DNA of 14,554 nucleotides from Paramicrosporidium saccamoebae KSL3 (taxonomy: Eukaryota > Fungi > Cryptomycota). Positions 9,281-14,554 of this stretch are shown one piece after another. Where the stretch lies: the NCBI GenBank assembly GCA_002794465.1, contig MTSL01000041.1, positions 729 to 15,282 of the forward strand, in the 5' to 3' direction. Below the pieces are notes generated by a model that worked only from the letters and a program-made list of their open reading frames with translations, was not told the origin of the DNA and searched no databases. Each line of letters opens with the position of its first letter. Within the stretch, counting starts at the first letter, position 1. The translations under genes were made by a program, and so were the position numbers.

Positions 9281-9745
9281 GGTTAATACGATTAGCCTGG
9301 CCGGCCGGGGCAGGCACTAGATCAAATATGGACGTCGGCCCGTCTTCATCTGCGATATCATTCCCAATTAGTGTGCGGAATAAAAGTCGCCCTCGCACGT
9401 TGCGTGGTGAGAATATTCCCACAGCGTCAATATGCCAAGTAGTATAGTGTTTATTATCGATTGAATTTTCTCTGGCATAGTGTCCAAACATTGGAGAGAC
9501 AATATTTCCTTCCATATTTACACAACTACCCAGCACCCAGCTACTGTCAAGCGGGAAGAGAGGTGATGATATCTCCTTCACTGTCAGTTCAACGACCCAT
9601 TTATCCCTTCTCCAAACTAGGGAACCATCCTCAAATATCCAACTAAACAGTCTTCTACGACACAATACAATTAGCCCGGCTGACCGGGGTAGGCACTGGA
9701 TCGAATATGGACGTCGACCCGTCTCCATCGGCGATATCATTCCCA
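9221..9745. repeat. Local duplication of the GET4/PNO1 head-to-head junction
   Basis: 9285-9366 matches 9664-9745 at 72/82 and includes the first 13 PNO1 codons. 9365-9391 matches 9221-9247 (GET4 coding sequence) at 26/27. Confidence 0.9.
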
Positions 9746-10321
9746 GCACTTAAGGACCAGCAGCTTGGGGACTTGCAGCAGACGCGCAAGGTTGTCATAC
9801 CCCAGAACAGAATGTCCCCGCTTAGGGATAGTTGGATGAAGATTTACACTCCTCTAGTTGAGCATATGAAGCTGCAGGTACGCTTCAACCCCAAGACCCG
9901 GACTGTCGAGTTGCGCAACAGCCACCTCACCACCGAGACGAGTGCTCTCCAAAAGGGTGCCGATTTTGTGCGTGGGTTTGCTGTCGGGTTTAATGTTGAG
10001 GATGCTTTGGTTCTGTTGCGTCTTGATGATATATACGTCGACTCTTTTGAGATTAAAGACGTCAAAACCCTCAACGGGGACCATCTTTCACGCGCCATCG
10101 GCCGCTTGGCAGGACGGAATGGAAAGACAAAGGTGACTATTGAAAATACTAGCAGGACTCGTGTCGTTCTGGCCGATTCCAAAATCCATATCCTGGGATC
10201 CTACCGAAATATCCAAGTCGCCAAGAATGCCTTGGTCAGTTTAATCCTCGGTAGCACACCTGGCACCGTCTATACTAGACTTCGCAACGTTGCCGCTAGA
10301 CTAGCTGAACGTCGCATGTAA
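9707..10321 (+). CDS. PNO1: Pre-rRNA-processing KH-domain protein PNO1/DIM2, 204 aa
   Basis: Hallmark motifs RKVVIPQNRMSPLRDSWMKIYTPLVEHMKLQVRFN, ALQKGADFV, LLRLDDIYVDSFEIKDVKTLNGDHLSRAIGRLAG and IHILGS...LILGS.PG.VY..LR. Confidence 0.97.
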   Translation: MDVDPSPSAISFPALKDQQLGDLQQTRKVVIPQNRMSPLRDSWMKIYTPLVEHMKLQVRFNPKTRTVELRNSHLTTETSALQKGADFVRGFAVGFNVEDALVLLRLDDIYVDSFEIKDVKTLNGDHLSRAIGRLAGRNGKTKVTIENTSRTRVVLADSKIHILGSYRNIQVAKNALVSLILGSTPGTVYTRLRNVAARLAERRM

Positions 10322-10395
10322 CTCGATAAAAATTTACTAGATAGATAGATAGACAGTTATGCTTAATAACATGGGGTGGAGGCCCTATAGCGCAC

Positions 10396-11461
10396 TTATA
10401 AAGGTTCTTTACGTTTCCGGACAAGCCCAGACAAATCCTGGACAGCCCCCAAAGCAGCAGCATTAAAGGTAGCCTTGATATCTCCAAGGTCCATATTGCT
10501 CTTTCCAGTAGCCAATTGTGATTGCAAGTCCTCCAGCTTTGCCTCCACGTCAGGAATGAGCTGAAGCAAATCATCGGCCTCGGTATCGTGAGGACCAGCC
10601 TTGTCCTTTCCCTTGTCGTCATCCGCGGCAGTGGCAGTGAGACGTTCGAGGCGCGCTTTGAGAAGATTCTTCGCCTTATTAAGTGGATCGATGGCCTCGG
10701 CAATTTGGCTGTTATATTCCAGGGCAATAGCATACTTAAAGTACAACGCAGACAAGTCTCGTTCGTGATCTACACCGAGATCTTTTTTAATTTCAATCGC
10801 CTTTGAATAGTCCTCAGCCGCCTGTGTAAAAGATTCAGTCTCCATTGAAACGTCACCAAGGTCACAGTACACATCAGATAGTGCAATCTTGGCATCCGAA
10901 TCGATGGATGCGCTATCTGCAAAGATGAGGCGAGCAATATCCAAAACTTCCCACGCCAACTCGAGATCATCTGCGGTTTGAGATTGACTATCCTCCTCTT
11001 CATCCTCTGGGTCTGCTTCACTACTCTCGGCCTCTTCCTCCTTGTCATCCTTGTCATCCTCGTCATCCTCGTCGCCTTCAAATTTGACGTCATCCAGATC
11101 CACCAATTTTTTACGCTTAGACTCGGGGCTATCAGTGGTTGCTGTAATAATGTTATCGGGCATGACACTAGTGTTCAAGAGCGAGTCCTTGTTCTCCATT
11201 CCGAGCCGAGTCAATGCCTTTCCATAGGCTACATAGACAGGCCCAAGCTCTTTGGCAAACTGCCCAATCTCCGGAATCCTATCACATGATAATAGCAGAT
11301 TTCTCGTACAAGTGTGATAGAACAGAACTAAAGAGATCCACGGCTTCCTCGAAACTTTCTTCCTGGACGGCAGCCTTTCCAGCGGCAAAGGCCGCCCAAG
11401 GCTCAAAACCTTTTGTAGTTTGGGGTGATTCTTCCGGCATAGATTGGTCAGCTGAGAGCAT
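10396..11461 (-). CDS. NASP/Sim3/Hif1-type (SHNi-TPR) histone H3-H4 chaperone, about 344 aa: complement(join(10396..11278,11310..11461))
   Basis: TPR helices (ELGPVYVAYGKAL), an acidic D/E insertion, DDLELAWEVLDIARLIF, SDVYCDLGDVSMETESFTQAAEDY, and C-terminal DLSGLVRKRK. The first TPR helix lies in another frame (ORF 11282..11467) and is joined by a 31-nt intron. The start could also be the ATG at 11440. Confidence 0.88.
11279..11309 (-). other. Spliceosomal intron, 31 nt (NASP-like gene)
   Basis: GTACGAGAAATCTGCTATTATCATGTGATAG. Removal joins CAC TT with G ATT and restores the frame. Confidence 0.85.
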
Positions 11462-11723
11462 ATTCACTGTAAAGGTGTCAACTGCAAATAGGTGCTAACC
11501 GCGTGTAATAAGCAATATGTGAGAGTATGTCCACCAACCACTAGCCGGGCCAGGGATGGTCTCTTTTGAGTGCCCCTACACTACGAAGCAGAGATAAAGG
11601 CCGCCTTTGAGAGTTTGCTTAAAGACCAGATGCGGAAATATTCTCTAGTTCCCTCGGGTGAATTTACGGATCACACATTATAACTTGCACATCCTCCCAC
11701 ACACGCACGGACCAGAATCTTTA

Positions 11724-12591
11724 TTACACACTAATCTTGAGTAGGGCATTTCGGAGTGGATCCATCGCTCGCATGTCGGCGGGGGAGACTAGCTCAAATT
11801 CCATTGAAAAGGCGGAAAAGTGTGAAAAGAGGGCGTTCAAGTGCGGGACTTGTCCCATGTTGCCGACTTCACGGTAATGTTTTTGGTATACATGGCACAG
11901 TATTGCAAAGAGGGTAGTAAATATGGGCTTGGCAACTTGCTTTTCAAAATCAGGCCGAATCACGCCATCTAAACGAATAGGAAATTTCTGTGGATCTTCG
12001 AGTTGCTGGTCAATCCAGGTCAATGCATAGTCGATGAATGTCGAGGCCGATTGCGTAATCTGGGCAGGATATCCCGTGCATGCAATATTAACCAGCGGCA
12101 TTCCCATTGATAGCAGAGTCACAATTTCACTGTTCCAGCAGAGCATAGTATCAGTCCTACAGTTCTTCAACTTTATAAACTCTTACCCCATTGCCACAAG
12201 CGGCCCACAGTCATTGGTGGTACAGAATTCAGAGATGGACTCGTAGAACGCATTGACGAGATGGAAAAACTCAAAAACGTGGCTGGCGATCCACTCGTCC
12301 CTCGATACATATGTCGGGAGTTTGACAAACTTGTCAAAGTCGCCGGCTAGGATGCTCTGACTGCAATTTGAAGGCAGGAGATAGTTAGGGGGCGTCTCCA
12401 TTTTTGTTGCGCTCAGGGAACAGGTCAGCTCTTCAACGGTGCTGTCCCCTGATTTGAGGCTGTGGTTTTTGCTGCTGACACTCTTTTGTGGCGAGCTTTT
12501 TGTACTGCTGTTGGAGGCAGTTCCACCAAATTGACGTCTAAGCAGGAATATGGGACGGAGGCATTGCATTGTACCGAAAGAAGGAACTCAT
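11724..12591 (-). CDS. MOB2: MOB kinase activator, Mob2-like, about 266 aa: complement(join(11724..12156,12187..12537,12575..12591))
   Basis: Motifs VKLPTYVSRDEWIASHVFEFF, ASTFIDYALTWI, KFP, ILCHVYQKHY and HLNALFSHF..FSMEFELV fit Mob1/phocein proteins and are closest to fungal Mob2 as I recall it. The spliced N-terminus is MSSFFRRQFGG. The Mob2 versus Mob1 assignment is from memory. Confidence 0.88.
12157..12186 (-). other. Spliceosomal intron, 30 nt (MOB gene, intron 2)
   Basis: GTAAGAGTTTATAAAGTTGAAGAACTGTAG. It contains the in-frame TAA that separates ORFs 12183..12569 and 11724..12170. Confidence 0.9.
12538..12574 (-). other. Spliceosomal intron, 37 nt (MOB gene, intron 1)
   Basis: GTACAATGCAATGCCTCCGTCCCATATTCCTGCTTAG. 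Removal joins ATGAGTTCCTTCTTTCG to A CGT CAA in frame. The alternative is an unspliced start at ATG 12569. Confidence 0.65.
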
Positions 12592-12657
12592 GCTCGCTGG
12601 CCCAATTAGCACACTCCAACACAGTAAACATTCCAATCTTAATTTATTATCGGGCCG

Positions 12658-13146
12658 CTACACCCGGGGACTGGTCAGGACAGCCAGCGCTACCGATGGA
12701 ACAACAATAGATACTCCAAAATTGAAAAAGGTGGGCAGAGAAGCCAACAGCCCAGCAGCCAGGAGCACAAAGGCGACGAGAAATAGCAGGCTGATTAGAG
12801 ACATGGAGTAGAACATGGCCGACGACCTCAAACAGTCCTGAATGTGGTCCATATCAGACTGTCCCTTTTTGGGCAGCACTGATTTGAGTTTGGCTGATTC
12901 CATCATGTACATTTGCTGCAACTTTGTCCTCGCCAAGTTGCGAAAGGAAACCCACAAGGCTGCAGTAGCCAAAAGCGAAATCAACCCATAACTTGTAACG
13001 CTCTCCACCGAAAGTCCCGTCCCGCGAATGACTGTAGCATGGTCTACACAATCAGTCTAACTGACCAAGGTACAAAATGGAGGCGTCAGAGTGATAAAAC
13101 TGTATGCTAGAAATAAACTATTCTGCATAGTTGCAGAGTTGGGCAT
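12658..13146 (-). CDS. Probable translocon-associated protein gamma (TRAP-gamma/SSR3), about 152 aa: complement(join(12658..13043,13074..13146))
   Basis: Four hydrophobic segments with TRAP-gamma spacing. LISLLATAALWVSFRN resembles MTLVSTYLVAFAYKN, and the tail LFLVAFVLLAAGLLASLPTFFNFGVSIVVPSVALAVLT resembles [38 protein letters not shown] (human sequence from memory). Confidence 0.6.
13044..13073 (-). other. Spliceosomal intron, 30 nt (TRAP-gamma-like gene)
   Basis: GTACCTTGGTCAGTTAGACTGATTGTGTAG, with a CTGAT branch-like site and an in-frame TAG. Removal links to an upstream ATG exon. Confidence 0.8.
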
Positions 13147-13374
13147 TTAAGAACAATCCAATTTTATAACTAAAGTAAGGGGTGGGAGCTATAGGTGAGG
13201 CAGGTTTGTATGAAGCCGGTGATCTGTGCTGTAATAAAATCCCCCAATTTTTGTTTCAATAGAATCACTCGGTCAATCATTGTGAACCTCACATTAATTC
13301 ATAATAAATAACTTTATATTCGCCGCGTAACACAAAGATCAGCAATCTAAACAAAATCCTACTAACTAAATCAG

Positions 13375-14554
13375 CTAGCACAAGTCTTTTTCTGAATCGT
13401 CGTCATCTCCGAGACTAGCAATCATGGCTTCATCTATAGAGCTGCATATCGCCTTGACAGAAACTTGCATGCGGTCGAAATCATAAATGACATAAATAGT
13501 ATGGACATTGACATCAATGTCCTGGGATGATTGCAGGGCACTGCCCATGGCATAAAATTTTGTTCCTTCCCGTTCACCAAATGCTTCCATAACCTTGCTG
13601 CCAGCAATGCCCCAGCAGGGCCTTTGTGGCGAGTTGGACAGGTCGCGCATCCATCTTCTTCCCAGGCCACGGCTGGCTTTGAGCATGCTCTTGTGGATGA
13701 TGGAGAACTGCGCCGAGTTCAGCGAGTAATCTGTGACAAACTCTTGCAAATCCCTAGTCCACTTGGCCTTGGATATCTTAAATCTAATATTCTCCAAGAG
13801 TCGCTCTAATATGCCGTAGTCGTCAGAGACGGAAGTCGGCTTTTGAAAAGACTTTACCTCGGCAAAACTGACTTTTGAGGAAGAAGTTTGGCTTGTGGTA
13901 CTAGGCTCACACGAGTTTCGTCTCTTATCACTCAGTGAGCCCCTTGTCATAGATTGGGAAAAGGTTCTATCGCCACTTACCACAGATTGGGAAAAGGTTC
14001 TATCGCCACTTGCCACAGATTGGGAAGGGGTGCTATCGCCACTTGTCATAGATTGAGAAGAGGTGCTATCGCCATTTTTCATAGATTGGGAAGAGGTGCT
14101 ATCGCTACTTGTCATAGATTGGGAATAGGTGCTATCGCCACTTGTCACAGATTGGGAAGAGGTACTACCGCCACATATCGATCGTCTAGCCGATGGGACA
14201 TTATTAACCAGGATCGGCTCAGCTTGAGGATCCAAAATCCAAGACCGTCTTCGTTTTTCTTCCTGCTCACGCTCGCTACTACGTGGGGAATCTGCAAGTC
14301 GGAATTGTTGCAGCACAGAACGCTGGAGTTGCAGCAAGGTGGAGGCCAGGGACGATATATTTGGGTCTGGTGAGCCTACAGCAATCGAAAGAGATAAAAT
14401 TTCTAGCAAGTTTAGGCATGCACTGAACGTTACCCCCACTAGGAAGCCGAAGCTCAGGAGAAAGGAACTCGTTTAGAGTTTCCCAATACTCTGTTAGTCT
14501 TTCAACGAATACGGATTGCGACTGGGAAGAGGGTGCAGAGCTATTCTCGTACTC
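13375..14554 (-). CDS. Hypothetical protein with Ser-rich 11-aa repeats, 5' partial: complement(join(13375..14402,14434..>14554)), 382 aa visible
   Basis: Long ORF 13375..14439 begins at a GTG. A 31-nt intron joins it to a frame that stays open to the window edge (EYENSSAPSSQSQSVFVERLTEYWETLNEFLSPELRLPSG/EILSLSIAVG...). I do not recognise the family. Confidence 0.8.
13943..14173. repeat. Coding minisatellite, 7 x 33 bp
   Basis: Plus-strand consensus cttgtcatagattgggaagaggtgctatcgcca, seven units with no indels. On the minus strand it encodes SQS(M/V)TSGDST(S/F/Y/P)-type repeats. Confidence 0.97.
14403..14433 (-). other. Spliceosomal intron, 31 nt (hypothetical gene)
   Basis: GTAACGTTCAGTGCATGCCTAAACTTGCTAG. 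The phase 1 junction G + AA gives GAA and keeps both frames open. Confidence 0.75.

Noticed and set aside
9285-9745. RIP-like mutation, since 9 of 10 differences between Y copies and 10 of 10 in the 6426/9613 block are transitions
   Set aside because: Dinucleotide contexts are mixed (CpG, CpA, CpC), the 6257/9545 block has many transversions, and the sample is tiny and selected by eye. Ordinary transition bias is sufficient.
11030-11075. 9-bp repeats (GATGACAAG/GATGACGAG) and the nearby (GATA)n run at 10339-10353
   Set aside because: The first encodes the acidic tract expected in NASP/Sim3 proteins, and the second is a trivial microsatellite.
12060-12092. Possible extra in-frame 33-nt intron (GTTAAT...CCCAG) in the MOB gene, where the protein has an insertion relative to Mob2
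   Set aside because: It has no stop, is not needed for the frame, and its donor is not GTA like the others. It cannot be resolved without RNA data.
13943-14173. CRISPR-like appearance of the ~33-bp repeats
   Set aside because: Units are directly adjacent with no unique spacers, they are in frame within a eukaryotic gene, and there are no cas genes.
13954-14373. Plus-strand 139-aa ORF with repeated HRLGRGAIATC
   Set aside because: It is the antisense shadow of the 33-bp coding repeat. The minus-strand frame is far longer and extends on both sides.

Overview
Compact eukaryotic DNA, not prokaryotic. The clearest evidence is five GT-AG introns of only 30-37 nt that must be removed to join ORF halves, four of them in recognisable housekeeping genes. 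The window has two parts. Positions 1-8151 hold a head-to-tail array of four paralogous genes for a large protein with degenerate ankyrin-like repeats (A-x-x-x-G-H-x-x-V/I-L-x-W-L). Copy A runs off the left edge, B is broken by one in-frame TAA, C is intact (668 aa), and D lacks its 5' third. B and C begin with homologous signal-peptide-like sequences, so the array looks like a secreted effector family in birth-and-death evolution. Positions 8432-14554 are a dense core block: GET4, PNO1, NASP/Sim3-type histone chaperone, MOB2-type kinase activator, a probable TRAP-gamma (SSR3), and an unknown gene with a 7 x 33-bp Ser-rich repeat. Other structure includes a duplication of the GET4/PNO1 head-to-head junction, a dispersed and inverted repeat shared by two intergenic regions, and a possible small three-exon gene at 866-1160. 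A Rozellomycota or early microsporidian-like endoparasite is a plausible source, but that is inference only. All alignments and counts were done by eye.
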